Below are positions 17,799-26,915 of a DNA stretch of 64,000 nt, piece after piece. Position 1 is the stretch's first letter, and each line of letters starts with the position of its first letter. The stretch is taken from positions 13,277-77,276 of IMG/VR virus record IMGVR_UViG_3300020202_000068; one strand, given 5' to 3'. The stretch is from a virus. The position numbers and the translations under genes were made by a program. A model generated the notes under the pieces. It saw only the letters and a program-made list of their open reading frames with translations. It made no database searches and was not told the DNA's origin.

Positions 17799-20700
17799 TC
17801 TTGGTTGCCTTTCGCTTCTTACCACGCTCATCGAGCAGGCTGTCCAGGGATTTCAGCTGGGCCACCAGCGCCTTTTTCTCGGGTGAGAGCGACGCAATTA
17901 CGTCCTTCGGGATGTAGGCGCTGGAGAAGACCCGGCCACCGAGCTGCTTCTCGACGCGAGCCACCCGGTTGCGCAGCTCACGATCCATCGAGGCCGGAGA
18001 AACGTCCGTTAGATGCACACCAGTTCCGAGATTAACCGCCTTGGTGGCGGCGTTCTTGCGGGGATCGGTGAGTGTGCGGAGGGACGTAGCCACGCCCGAG
18101 AGCGGGGAATTCGAGAGCACATGCTCCATCAGGCCGCTGCCTGGATACCGAACCGGCTCCTTGGACTGCCGTAGGCCTGTCAGTTGGCCGATATTCGCCA
18201 ACGTGCGGCCCAGCGGTGGGTCCAGGTCTTCCAGGTCTCGACCACCGAACGGCCCCTTCTGAAAGGCCGAGCGGCCGAACATATACTCCAGCGGGCCCTT
18301 AATGACCGGGCTGGTGCGGCTGATAGCCTCCAACCCAACCTGCTTCAGGCTGGGGGTGGCGAATCCGGCTGGGTCTTCGAAGCCCAGGCCCAGGCCCGTC
18401 AGGTAGCGGCGCGAACCGTCCTGGAGGTCGCCTAGAGGGATACTGGCGGTCTCGGAGAGGTATTCAGGGGATAAGTCTTCGTGGCGGTGCTCGCGGCCCA
18501 GAGCCTTTATAGTCTGGGCCATCGGGCCGCCGGGGCTCGTCAATAGCCGCTCAATCGTCCATGGCAGGTTATTCCGACTGAACACATAAAACGGCACCAC
18601 CCGCCGCATAACCTCCCGCTCGAACGGGGCCATCGCGTGAGTCGAGTAGTCGTAATGCACCTCGGTCACGATCTTGGCGGCTTGCTCAGGATCAAACCCC
18701 TTGCCCTTCAGGTACTGATAGAGGGCCGCCCGGTTGTGATACTCCACCACCCGGTTCATCTTGGCGTTGGTCTGCATCCAGGTCCCAGCACCTTTACGAA
18801 CCCCCTTCACGCCCTGGCCGAGCAGCGACGAGGGGTCGGCCGTGATCTGGCTCTCGACCTCTTTCGCGGTGGCCTTGATGTTTAGTGGGTTGTCTGGCAG
18901 GGCCTGATGCGGTGGCATTGCTCCCTGATAGACGTGCTGGTGGGCTTCGAGGGTCGAGTCGGCCCCGAGAATACCCATTACCTCCAGCTCACGCTCAAAG
19001 GACTTATCGCCTTTCCGCCAGAGACTATTCACCTCGCCATACGCCTTCACGTAGTCCGCAATGTCGGCCGGGTTCTCGATGTACCCGCTAACAAGGTTGG
19101 CATACTGACCGCTGGTGTGATTGCGGAACCAGAATGCCGGCTTAACAAGCACCATCGCCGGTTTGAAATAACGATTGACGGTATCGAGCGTATTAGTGAC
19201 CAGGTTTGCCCATTCCGGGTTCTCGTAGGTCTTAATGACGGCCGCTGCCGCATTAGCCAGCTCTGCCGGAACACGGGCCGCATCCAGCTGATCCAGCGGC
19301 ACGCCAGACAACTTCCAGAAGTGCTGAAGCGCTGTATTCGGGTCCATCCCGGCGTGCTTAAAGGCGTCTTCTAGCCGCACCCCATCGCTGCCGAGGTTCA
19401 TGTGGAAGGCTTCGTGAATAGCACGGAAGGAGGCGTTCCGTTTATGGGCCTGGAGCATGTACCGTCCGAGGTCCTGGAAGGTCATATTGTCGAACAGTCG
19501 CTTCTGCTTCTCGACAGCGTCGGGGCTGGCGGCTTTCGCATACTCCGCCAGCTCTTTGGCGTGGGAAATCGAGTCCACGATGTCGTCTTTGGCCCGATAG
19601 CCGAGGTTGGGGAAGTCCTTGAGGATTTCAGCCGCCCCACCCTCAGCGCGGTACTTCGGGTTCATTCGCAGGTCTTCAATCTGATCGGCACGCAAATGCC
19701 GCAGCGCCTCCTGGCGACCAGCCATAGACTCGTGTCCGGTTGGCAGCTGACGGAAGGTATCCAGCGGACCTGTGCCCCGCTTGGACATATGCCTGGGGAA
19801 GTGCTGGAATTCATCAGTCTCGTCAATGAGATGCCCTTTACCGCCCATCTCCAGGTTTTGCCGCCACAGCTCGTCTTTGGCGGTGACGGCGTCCTCAGCC
19901 AGCTTGGCGATGTCGTCTTTCAGAGCGGCGGGAATCTCCGCTCCTGAGGCAAATTTCTCGATAGCCGCGTCCACATCCCCCTTCGTCTCGGCCGTCATGC
20001 GGAGAATGCGATCAAAGACCCGGGCTACGGGATCATGGGCAGCCCGCAGGCTCTCCGGTAGGTCGGCTGAGTTCGCCTTGGTGAGCTTCTCGAAGGGCAT
20101 CTTTACCGTGGCCGTGGCCCCGGTCTGTGGGTGGGTGAAATGCACCTCTGCCCCGTCGTCCACCACCGAGGCAACGTACCCGTAGTTGCCACGGTCGGAG
20201 GCCTGAACAAGGTCTCCCTCTCGGAATGGCTTCGCTGATGCCTTGACGCCCTCAAACACATACGACTTACCGCTCCCAACATCCAGCCGAGTCCTTGCCC
20301 CTGGCTGGAGGATTTCGTCGGGACCCAGCTCTCGCCATCCGTCAGGAGCGGCCTGACCGGCAGGCTTAAATGCCTGGCGGAATTTATCATCCACTTCCTT
20401 GAAGCGGTCCCAGAACTGGAGGGATTGCTGGACGACCTGGCGGCGAGCAGCGGGCATCTTCTCGCTGGCCAGCTCAGAAACCACCTGGCCGTACTTATCG
20501 AATCGGCCACCCGATGGACCATGGAACAGGCCCTTTACCGTCCGCTTCACGGCACTGCCAGCGGCAGCAGCGGCGCGAGCACCGGGGATATAAGAGGCGG
20601 CTTTCCCGAGCCCTTCGATCAGCTTGGCCCCGCCCTCCCCAGCGCCCAGTGTTTGCGTCCCCATCCCCGGAATCCACAGATTCGCCACCCCGCCCAGAGG

Positions 20701-21306
20701 TTCTTTAAGTATCTCGTCGAAGTTCACACCCATCTTGGTGGCGGCATTCTTCGCGGCTGATCGGCGGGTGGTCTGCGTGGCCTCATCCCCGAAACTCAAG
20801 AGATCATCGAGCGTGGTGCGGGCCATGGCCGGGGCGCGGCCCATCGTGGCACCTGCCCCCAGCTTGCCGGAGCGGCGGCCAGCGGCGGTCGCAGCCTTCG
20901 CCACGTCTCTCAGGGCCCCGGCCGCGTGAGCGACCTTCCCGGCCTTCGTGGCAGCCCCCAGCTTCGTGGCAAAACCAAGTGGATTGAGATACGTCAGCGG
21001 GTCAGTGGCAATATCCACCGCCAGCCCGGCACCCCAATTACCCCATGTATCCTTTCTTCCCACCATCCCGGCCTGTCGAAGCAGGTCCCGGCCCTCAACC
21101 CGGCCTTCCCCGGAGAGCGGGTGCAGGATCGGGGTAAGTGGGTTCTTGCCGGCCAGGGCGTTCTTAACGACGGCTCCCGGCGTTCCCAGGACGTTGCCGA
21201 TATACGAAAGCCCACTCAGTCCGACACTCTTGGCCTTCGAGAGGACGCCTTCCGGCTCCGGCGTCGGGCCGAGGAGCTGGTCTTCCGTGTATTTACGCTT
21301 AGCCAT
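17794..21306 (-). CDS. large internal virion/DNA-ejection protein
   Basis: 1170 aa; DPLTYL motif, ..P.FWFRN...N, HYDYS...FER..MRRVVPFY.F C-terminal module typical of podo-like ejection proteins. Confidence 0.65.
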   Translation of the reverse strand: MAKRKYTEDQLLGPTPEPEGVLSKAKSVGLSGLSYIGNVLGTPGAVVKNALAGKNPLTPILHPLSGEGRVEGRDLLRQAGMVGRKDTWGNWGAGLAVDIATDPLTYLNPLGFATKLGAATKAGKVAHAAGALRDVAKAATAAGRRSGKLGAGATMGRAPAMARTTLDDLLSFGDEATQTTRRSAAKNAATKMGVNFDEILKEPLGGVANLWIPGMGTQTLGAGEGGAKLIEGLGKAASYIPGARAAAAAGSAVKRTVKGLFHGPSGGRFDKYGQVVSELASEKMPAARRQVVQQSLQFWDRFKEVDDKFRQAFKPAGQAAPDGWRELGPDEILQPGARTRLDVGSGKSYVFEGVKASAKPFREGDLVQASDRGNYGYVASVVDDGAEVHFTHPQTGATATVKMPFEKLTKANSADLPESLRAAHDPVARVFDRILRMTAETKGDVDAAIEKFASGAEIPAALKDDIAKLAEDAVTAKDELWRQNLEMGGKGHLIDETDEFQHFPRHMSKRGTGPLDTFRQLPTGHESMAGRQEALRHLRADQIEDLRMNPKYRAEGGAAEILKDFPNLGYRAKDDIVDSISHAKELAEYAKAASPDAVEKQKRLFDNMTFQDLGRYMLQAHKRNASFRAIHEAFHMNLGSDGVRLEDAFKHAGMDPNTALQHFWKLSGVPLDQLDAARVPAELANAAAAVIKTYENPEWANLVTNTLDTVNRYFKPAMVLVKPAFWFRNHTSGQYANLVSGYIENPADIADYVKAYGEVNSLWRKGDKSFERELEVMGILGADSTLEAHQHVYQGAMPPHQALPDNPLNIKATAKEVESQITADPSSLLGQGVKGVRKGAGTWMQTNAKMNRVVEYHNRAALYQYLKGKGFDPEQAAKIVTEVHYDYSTHAMAPFEREVMRRVVPFYVFSRNNLPWTIERLLTSPGGPMAQTIKALGREHRHEDLSPEYLSETASIPLGDLQDGSRRYLTGLGLGFEDPAGFATPSLKQVGLEAISRTSPVIKGPLEYMFGRSAFQKGPFGGRDLEDLDPPLGRTLANIGQLTGLRQSKEPVRYPGSGLMEHVLSNSPLSGVATSLRTLTDPRKNAATKAVNLGTGVHLTDVSPASMDRELRNRVARVEKQLGGRVFSSAYIPKDVIASLSPEKKALVAQLKSLDSLLDERGKKRKATKK

Positions 21307-21403
21307 TGATTCCTTCCTTGGAATCTGTAATTCTAGTGAATCCCTGGAGGGACGCCGCTATAGAACCTCCAACCCTGGCGTTCGGGACGCGGCACAGAAC
21401 GCA

Positions 21404-21480
21404 TTGATGGGCCCGTAGCGGCAGTGGCTCCCGGTTGCAAACGGCTGCAAGCTGGATGGTGCAAATCCATCACCCGTCAA
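21404..21480 (+). ncRNA. tRNA-like element
   Basis: TTGATGGG/CCCGTCAA acceptor-like stem; GATGG-TGCAAAT-CCATC T-arm; non-canonical centre. Confidence 0.4.
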
Positions 21481-21702
21481 CTGTCTTAGCTTCGGTCTAA
21501 CGAGAGCCGTCATCTTCTCGTGAGGTGTGCGGGCGACCTTCATCGCTTTTGCAACACACCCGCCCGCAAACCCTGGTAGCAGCAGGGAGGGCGTATCGTC
21601 AATCAGGAGCCATCGACCAGGGCTCCGGCTTAGTCCGTCGGGCCTAACGAGCCTCCAATGCAATGGCGGACTTCACGGCCACTAGCAGAAGGTGGCCAAA
21701 CT

Positions 21703-21791
21703 CCCCGTATCGTTTAGTGGCAAGACTTCGTGCAAAACTGGCCTCGGGCTGTAATTGCACGGTTCCCGGCGTTCGATTCCCGGTGCGGGGG
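21703..21791 (+). ncRNA. tRNA-like RNA with extended anticodon arm
   Basis: CCCCGTA/TGCGGGG acceptor, GTTT-AGTGGCA-AGAC D-arm, 8 bp TCGTGCAA/TTGCACGG arm enclosing 19 nt, bulged T-arm with GTTCGATTC. Confidence 0.7.
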
Positions 21792-21793
21792 CT

Positions 21794-21865
21794 GAGTCCT
21801 TAGCCTAGAGGAGAGGCATCCGTCTTCTAAGCGGATATACGCTGGTTCGAATCCAGCAGGACTCG
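21794..21865 (+). tRNA. tRNA-Arg(UCU)
   Basis: GAGTCCT/AGGACTC acceptor, GCCT/AGGC D-arm, TCCGT-CTTCTAA-GCGGA anticodon arm, GCTGG-TTCGAAT-CCAGC T-arm; no encoded CCA. Confidence 0.93.
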
Positions 21866-21970
21866 CTCACCAGCCTGGAAGAATGCCGATCCGCTGTGAC
21901 GGATTCGCGTGGGTGACACACGAGACGAGGTCTTGATCCGGGAGTCCGGGGAGCCAAAGTGATGCACGCC

Positions 21971-22243
21971 TCAGCGGTCGGCACCAGGTTTTTCCAGATA
22001 CTCGATCAGCTTGTCCAAGTACCACCGGCACTTCTTCAGGTCCTGGACGCCGTTCTTGAGCTTCCACCGCCAGAGATACTTGATGCAGTTGCCGGTGAGT
22101 ACCCCCTCGAATCCGTCGAGACCCTGCGTGACCACCTCAATGGCCTGGATGCACTCAACTCCGCCTTGCCGGTAATGATTGGGGTTGATCGCTGGATCGC
22201 TCACAGACGGCTTCCCAGAGTCTTCGTTCGAGGGCTTTGACAT
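21971..22243 (-). CDS. DUF3310 (SaV-like / T7 gp1.7 nucleotide kinase-like) protein
   Basis: INPNHYRQGGVECIQAI...GNCIKYLWRWKLKNGVQDLKKCRWYL. Confidence 0.9.
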   Translation of the reverse strand: MSKPSNEDSGKPSVSDPAINPNHYRQGGVECIQAIEVVTQGLDGFEGVLTGNCIKYLWRWKLKNGVQDLKKCRWYLDKLIEYLEKPGADR

Positions 22244-22366
22244 GGCAGATGGAGTATTTCCCGAGGTCGTTGACGGCGGTTAGATACTGGCGCAGTAGCT
22301 CTCGGTAATGATCGTTCACGGTGGGCTTCCTTGCTAGATGAAATGCGGAGGGTCGATCTTACACGA

Positions 22367-23449
22367 TCACCCACGAACTGCCTTCAGAAACGTAAGCCCG
22401 TCTTCTAACTGGTGGAAGCCAACGATCTTGCGTCGATCCGGGAAGATCACGAACGTTGGGCATGTAGGGCGGGTCTTATTCCAGCCGAACTGCCGAGAAT
22501 AAGCCGACGTGATCTGATAGGACCCCGGGCGACAGGCCCACCGCTCGATCCCGTGGCCGTAAAACGGCTCGACACAGCCCAGGTGGTTGTGGCAGATGCA
22601 GCCGATGTCCCAGTCGCACTCACCATTTCGGAACCACTGCTTTGGCGCGTGCGTCTCGTTAAACGATGAATTGAGGCGGTACTGGTGCCTGACGCCCACC
22701 TTATACGACTGACCCCCCGTACGAATCTTCAGGAAGGCCTCGTCCGGGGCATAGCACACTCGATTCCGCTTCAGCAGGCTCGATAGAACGTCCACGCCAG
22801 CAATTTGATTCGTCCACAGGTCGTGATTACCAGAAATAGCAACGAGGACACGATGAGCGAAGATATTCAAATACCACTCAAACAACTCCATCTGCTCGCT
22901 TGGCTGGGACCTCGCGGCGAGGACGGCGCTACGGTGCTTAATGTGGTTGTCCGTGGCGTCCCCGCCGAGGATGGCGTAGCACCCATCACTTTCAGCCACC
23001 GCCACGGCATCCTGGCGCATCCTGGCCAAATCGACCGTGTTCCCAAGGCTAATATGCTGGTCGCTGATGAACGTAATAGCGCATGGCTCGGCTGGGAGTT
23101 CGACACTGAACTCCGACATGAGCAGTGAGCGTTGAATCTGATCAGCGTTCTCAACCTCTGCCGCCTTCCAGCGGGCCTCTGGCGAGCTGGATTCGGGCGG
23201 GATATAGGCGGGGACGACTTCCGGTCTGGTTCCCTCGGCGATCTTCAGCTGGGCCCTGAGAGCGGCCAGCTCCATTTCCTTGGCCTCCAGCGGGTCCACG
23301 GGAGCGGGTTGGCCGGAATCGGCGGCCAGCTTCTGCTGCCAGCCCCAGGCCGTGGAGCGGGGGACCCCCACGATCCTCCCCACCTCCGTCGCCCCCACCC
23401 CCAACGCGAATAGCTTCTCCGCCTCAGCCTTCTTGGCCAGATCGTCCAT
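22367..23449 (-). CDS. HTH-fused calcineurin-like metallophosphoesterase
   Basis: N-terminal HTH (VGRIVGVPRSTAWGW); SDQH, GGD..DN, SGNHD, RH, CHNH motifs. Confidence 0.85.
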   Translation of the reverse strand: MDDLAKKAEAEKLFALGVGATEVGRIVGVPRSTAWGWQQKLAADSGQPAPVDPLEAKEMELAALRAQLKIAEGTRPEVVPAYIPPESSSPEARWKAAEVENADQIQRSLLMSEFSVELPAEPCAITFISDQHISLGNTVDLARMRQDAVAVAESDGCYAILGGDATDNHIKHRSAVLAARSQPSEQMELFEWYLNIFAHRVLVAISGNHDLWTNQIAGVDVLSSLLKRNRVCYAPDEAFLKIRTGGQSYKVGVRHQYRLNSSFNETHAPKQWFRNGECDWDIGCICHNHLGCVEPFYGHGIERWACRPGSYQITSAYSRQFGWNKTRPTCPTFVIFPDRRKIVGFHQLEDGLTFLKAVRG

Positions 23450-24047
23450 GATTACTCCCAGTCCCTGAGATCAATTCCGCTCTCAAGATCGTCCCTGACT
23501 GCTGTCAGGAGGTCGTTTTCGTTCACGGCTCACCCCCATCCGTGTGAGGTAAACCCCTGAGTTTGTGCATTCTTTTGTAGGGCGGGAGGGAATTTTTGTC
23601 GTGCGGGCTTCCGGGGTTTGCAATAAGTCGGGGGCCTTGCTATGGTTACGGACGGCAAGAGGGTATGGATTTACATGACACATCTTCAGCAATACAATCT
23701 GAGCAGCGTCTGTGGGTCCGGCCTCTTGCCAAGAGCCTCCACGATATTGGCCCAGCACTCCGCCTTGTAAGCGGTTTGTTGGGCCTTTTTCGTGCGCTGG
23801 CTCCTTATTCGGAGGCGGTATTGGATGCCGCCCGGCAAGGACGTGCCGGATAAACCCGCCACCAGGCGAGGTAAAGACGCCTATCGAAATCAGTCACCCA
23901 TAGCCGAGAGGCGGGTGCAGGTTGGAACGCTATCGTTCTCCCGGTCATGCTGACGACTCCAGGCCAGGGCTAATAGAGATAGCGGCGGTGGAGGAATCCT
24001 AAGGCCGTTGTTAATAGAAACTTAGGACGCTAGAGCGATGCCCGGCT

Positions 24048-24122
24048 CCGTCGGTTATCAGGCCAGCGATTTTCCGTACAGCACGGAGTCGCTGCGCTCA
24101 ACCCTCACCGTCGGTTATCAGG
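24048..24122. repeat. 15 bp direct repeat CCGTCGGTTATCAGG x2, 60 bp period
   Basis: Copies at 24048-24062 and 24108-24122. Confidence 0.85.
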
Positions 24123-24132
24123 GTTCACTGAC

Positions 24133-24609
24133 ATGACGACAGATATGTCGGCCTATCCGGCCAGAGACAGGCTATTGAGGCTCATGGGCTATGAGAGCTA
24201 CAGCCAGTACCTGGCATCAGCGTTATGGAGACGCATACGAGAGGCGGCTTTAGCCCGTGATGGCGGGAAGTGTCGATGCGGGAGCCCAGCGACCCAGGTT
24301 CACCATAAAAACTACAACCTCCTCACCCTCCAAGGAGAATGTCTGTCTGGCTTGGTATCTGTCTGTGGTGGGTGCCACTATGGGGCTGAGTTCTCGAAGT
24401 ACGGGAAGACGACGCTGAAAAGAGCCAATAGCAGGCTGAAGACGATCGCCAAGAGGCGGCGTAAATCGAAGGTGGCAGAGTCACCGGAGTATCGCGCTGC
24501 CGTAGCCAGGAAGTGGCGGCTCCTGCGTGGCGGTAGGCCGAGAGAGGAGATCGCGAACGAGCTAAAGGCCGTCCGATCGGAGATTCGCAGGTTGATCGCT
24601 GAGCAGTAG
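24133..24609 (+). CDS. HNH endonuclease
   Basis: YLASALW..R...L.RD..KCRCG....VHHKNY...LVSVCGGCH. Confidence 0.85.
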   Translation: MTTDMSAYPARDRLLRLMGYESYSQYLASALWRRIREAALARDGGKCRCGSPATQVHHKNYNLLTLQGECLSGLVSVCGGCHYGAEFSKYGKTTLKRANSRLKTIAKRRRKSKVAESPEYRAAVARKWRLLRGGRPREEIANELKAVRSEIRRLIAEQ

Positions 24610-24676
24610 GCATGGGGCACCTGCGCGCTAACCCGGAGTTCTTGGATAGAGGTTATCTGTAAAGGAGACCGTGGCC

Positions 24677-25198
24677 ATGGCTGAGAAGTGGAGGCCATAT
24701 CGTTCAATCGGCAAGGAGCTGGTTGAGAGATATGGCCAGAGCGGAGAGATGAATTTACTGGACAAGGAAACTGACATATTGAGTGTCCTCTGCTATCTGA
24801 CCAAGGAAGTATCCGAATTAAAGAACCTACTGACCGTGTTGAGTCTTGATCGTCTGCATGTCGCAAGAGCAAGCCATGAGGACTGGCGTCAGAGAAACCA
24901 GGAGCTTGACAACTGGATTCAAGCGAAAGAGGCCAGACACGGTCCAATCCCAAAGCGTGTCAGGTCGTATATCTCTAGTCAGTGGCTGGCTGTATGGGAT
25001 GGCTTGAACACAATGAGATTGCCGTGGGTTGAAGAAGATGGCTCGATATTTGGCATCACGAGGCGTAGCATCATCATTCCAGGGCCGAAATGGGAGCCAA
25101 AGTTCACCACGCGATCGAAAGTGGCCAAAGAATACCAAGACTGGGTCGGCACGGTTCGCAAGCCCGATCGCTCAGCTTCACCATCGGAATCCAATTAA
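24677..25198 (+). CDS. hypothetical protein
   Basis: AAGGAG SD. Confidence 0.6.
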   Translation: MAEKWRPYRSIGKELVERYGQSGEMNLLDKETDILSVLCYLTKEVSELKNLLTVLSLDRLHVARASHEDWRQRNQELDNWIQAKEARHGPIPKRVRSYISSQWLAVWDGLNTMRLPWVEEDGSIFGITRRSIIIPGPKWEPKFTTRSKVAKEYQDWVGTVRKPDRSASPSESN

Positions 25199-25212
25199 CT
25201 AGGAGCCTGACA

Positions 25213-25398
25213 ATGGCAGTTAAGTTTGTAACGGCAGAGCACCGAGAGGTGCGATCTGAGGATGGAAAGAGACTTCTTGGGTTGCTGGTTCGTAATGATG
25301 GGGAATGGCTATTCAGTCCCCGGCTGGAGGATATGACCTACCAGGACCTGGAGATGGTTAGTCATCACCTCCGGGTCATCAATGGAGCCGTCCAATGA
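25213..25398 (+). CDS. hypothetical protein
   Basis: AGGAG SD; coupled to next gene. Confidence 0.55.
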   Translation: MAVKFVTAEHREVRSEDGKRLLGLLVRNDGEWLFSPRLEDMTYQDLEMVSHHLRVINGAVQ

Positions 25399-25613
25399 AG
25401 CTCCCCCTGACACCGGCCCAGAAGGACGTGCTGGACCAGATCGACCGCTACATCTTCACCCACGGCTACCCACCCACCATCCGAGACCTCAATGCTCTCA
25501 ATGGCTGGAACAGCCCCAATGCCGCCATGCGGCACATCCGGGAGCTGCGCCGTAAAGGCTATCTCAAACCCAACCCCGAGGGACGAGCCCGTGCGCTCGT
25601 GATTCAGCGATGA
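25395..25613 (+). CDS. LexA N-terminal DNA-binding domain-only repressor
   Basis: LTPAQKDVLD.I..YI..HGYPPTIRDL....GWNSPNAAMRHI.EL.RKGYL......ARAL; no peptidase domain. Confidence 0.88.
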   Translation: MKLPLTPAQKDVLDQIDRYIFTHGYPPTIRDLNALNGWNSPNAAMRHIRELRRKGYLKPNPEGRARALVIQR

Positions 25614-25876
25614 TCTATAAGGCCCAGTGGCCGCTGGCAGGCCTGAAGATGGTCGTGATCTATCCCGTGGAGCAGGAGCGACTCATGCCCCTGGAGCGGG
25701 ACACATATTTTCTCCCGGCCACGCCCCAACTACGGAAGCACCTCTTCGACGGTCGCTTCATCAAGGTCTATTTCGAAGGCAGCTGCCTCCCCGGACTAGC
25801 TCCCGCCGTCAAAGAGTTCGTCCGCCACGAGGATTGGGTGGAACGTGATCCCCTCACAGGAGAATTAGTGCCATGA
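25610..25876 (+). CDS. hypothetical protein
   Basis: ATGA-coupled. Confidence 0.6.
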   Translation: MIYKAQWPLAGLKMVVIYPVEQERLMPLERDTYFLPATPQLRKHLFDGRFIKVYFEGSCLPGLAPAVKEFVRHEDWVERDPLTGELVP

Positions 25877-26085
25877 GCGAGCCGATAAAGTTCATGGGAG
25901 AGGTGATCATTCCCGTGGGTAGGGGGCACCTGCTCATTGAGTCCTGGACCGAGCCGGGGGAGTACCACAGCATCGACCTAGAGGAAGGCTCCTGCTCCTG
26001 TCGAGGCTGGGAATGCACCCGAGGGTGTCGTCACTTGGATGTCGCCCGCGAGCTGGCAAAAGCGACACAGCCGTGTCGCATTTGA
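25873..26085 (+). CDS. SWIM zinc-finger protein
   Basis: CSC..W....CRH. Confidence 0.75.
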   Translation: MSEPIKFMGEVIIPVGRGHLLIESWTEPGEYHSIDLEEGSCSCRGWECTRGCRHLDVARELAKATQPCRI

Positions 26086-26100
26086 GCTAAGTCCTTATTC
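26055..26100. repeat. dispersed ~45 bp palindromic element, copy B
   Basis: GGCAAAAGCGACAC-AGCC-GTGTCGCATTTGAGCTAAGTCCTTATTC. Confidence 0.85.
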
Positions 26101-26115
26101 TACGTGTAGGCTTAG

Positions 26116-26370
26116 GTGGATAAGGAAAGATGGATAAGACTGATGGAGAGCAGCGTGCTATCGCTCACACAGGAGGAGCTGGACATCGGCTGGCACTTCT
26201 GCGGAGACTGGGATGGCCTGCTGGTCAGTCCGTCAATGCCGATGGAATGGGACTGCTGCACCTGCATTGCACCCGAGGATAAGAATTATTATGAGCGGCA
26301 AAGCGCTAACGGAATTGACGCGGGGGGAGCTGCTGGAGAAGTGCCTGGACCTGATCGAGGCCCTACATAA
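26116..26370 (+). CDS. hypothetical protein (GWHFC.DWD...CTC motif)
   Basis: Conserved-looking Cys/Trp motif seen in phage ORFs. Confidence 0.5.
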   Translation: MDKERWIRLMESSVLSLTQEELDIGWHFCGDWDGLLVSPSMPMEWDCCTCIAPEDKNYYERQSANGIDAGGAAGEVPGPDRGPT

Positions 26371-26671
26371 GAAGCACGAGCAGCTCCGAGAGGCGAAACG
26401 GGACCTGCCTTTTAATAAGGCCGCCAACGAACGCCATCAGCTCCATAAGCGGGCCTGGGGCCGCCGCAAGGCTCACCTGCTGGGCCTGCTAATCGAGGCC
26501 CAGCGGCTCCTGGAGCTGGCCGATAAAAAAGGCTTCATCTACTCCAAGGACATCGTCTCTGCCATCCAGTACGAGCTGGACTGCGGGGAGCGTGATTTCC
26601 AAAAGCACCTGCACCGCAAGAAGATAAGGAGGCTCCATGCTGCCGCCAGCCGCCCGCTTGATAGAGCGTGA
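26291..26671 (+). CDS. hypothetical coiled-coil protein
   Basis: Helical composition; operon-contiguous. Confidence 0.55.
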   Translation: MSGKALTELTRGELLEKCLDLIEALHKKHEQLREAKRDLPFNKAANERHQLHKRAWGRRKAHLLGLLIEAQRLLELADKKGFIYSKDIVSAIQYELDCGERDFQKHLHRKKIRRLHAAASRPLDRA

Positions 26672-26915
26672 GTCCGCCTTCCGGCAGGGGTCCTGCTTCC
26701 ACGACTTCATGGACAAGCCATGTGCCCCGGGAGATGCGTGTGCATACGACGCCCTGGGGGCGATCTTCAACGCCTACCGGAATACCGATCCCGAGAACCG
26801 CCATCTCGCTGCCAAGCGGGCCTTCGCCCTCTGTCGGGCACGCTACGGCCACGCCATGCTGGGCAAGCTCATTTGGGAGCAAGCCCTGGAATTACTAACC
26901 GACGCCGACTGCTAA

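Noticed and set aside
21330-21791. tmRNA or group I intron
   Set aside because: No tmRNA acceptor ends or tag ORF, and no recognisable P7 core; kept only as tRNA-like RNA.
24048-24122. Mini-CRISPR array
   Set aside because: Only two 15 bp repeats, too short, and no cas genes in the window.
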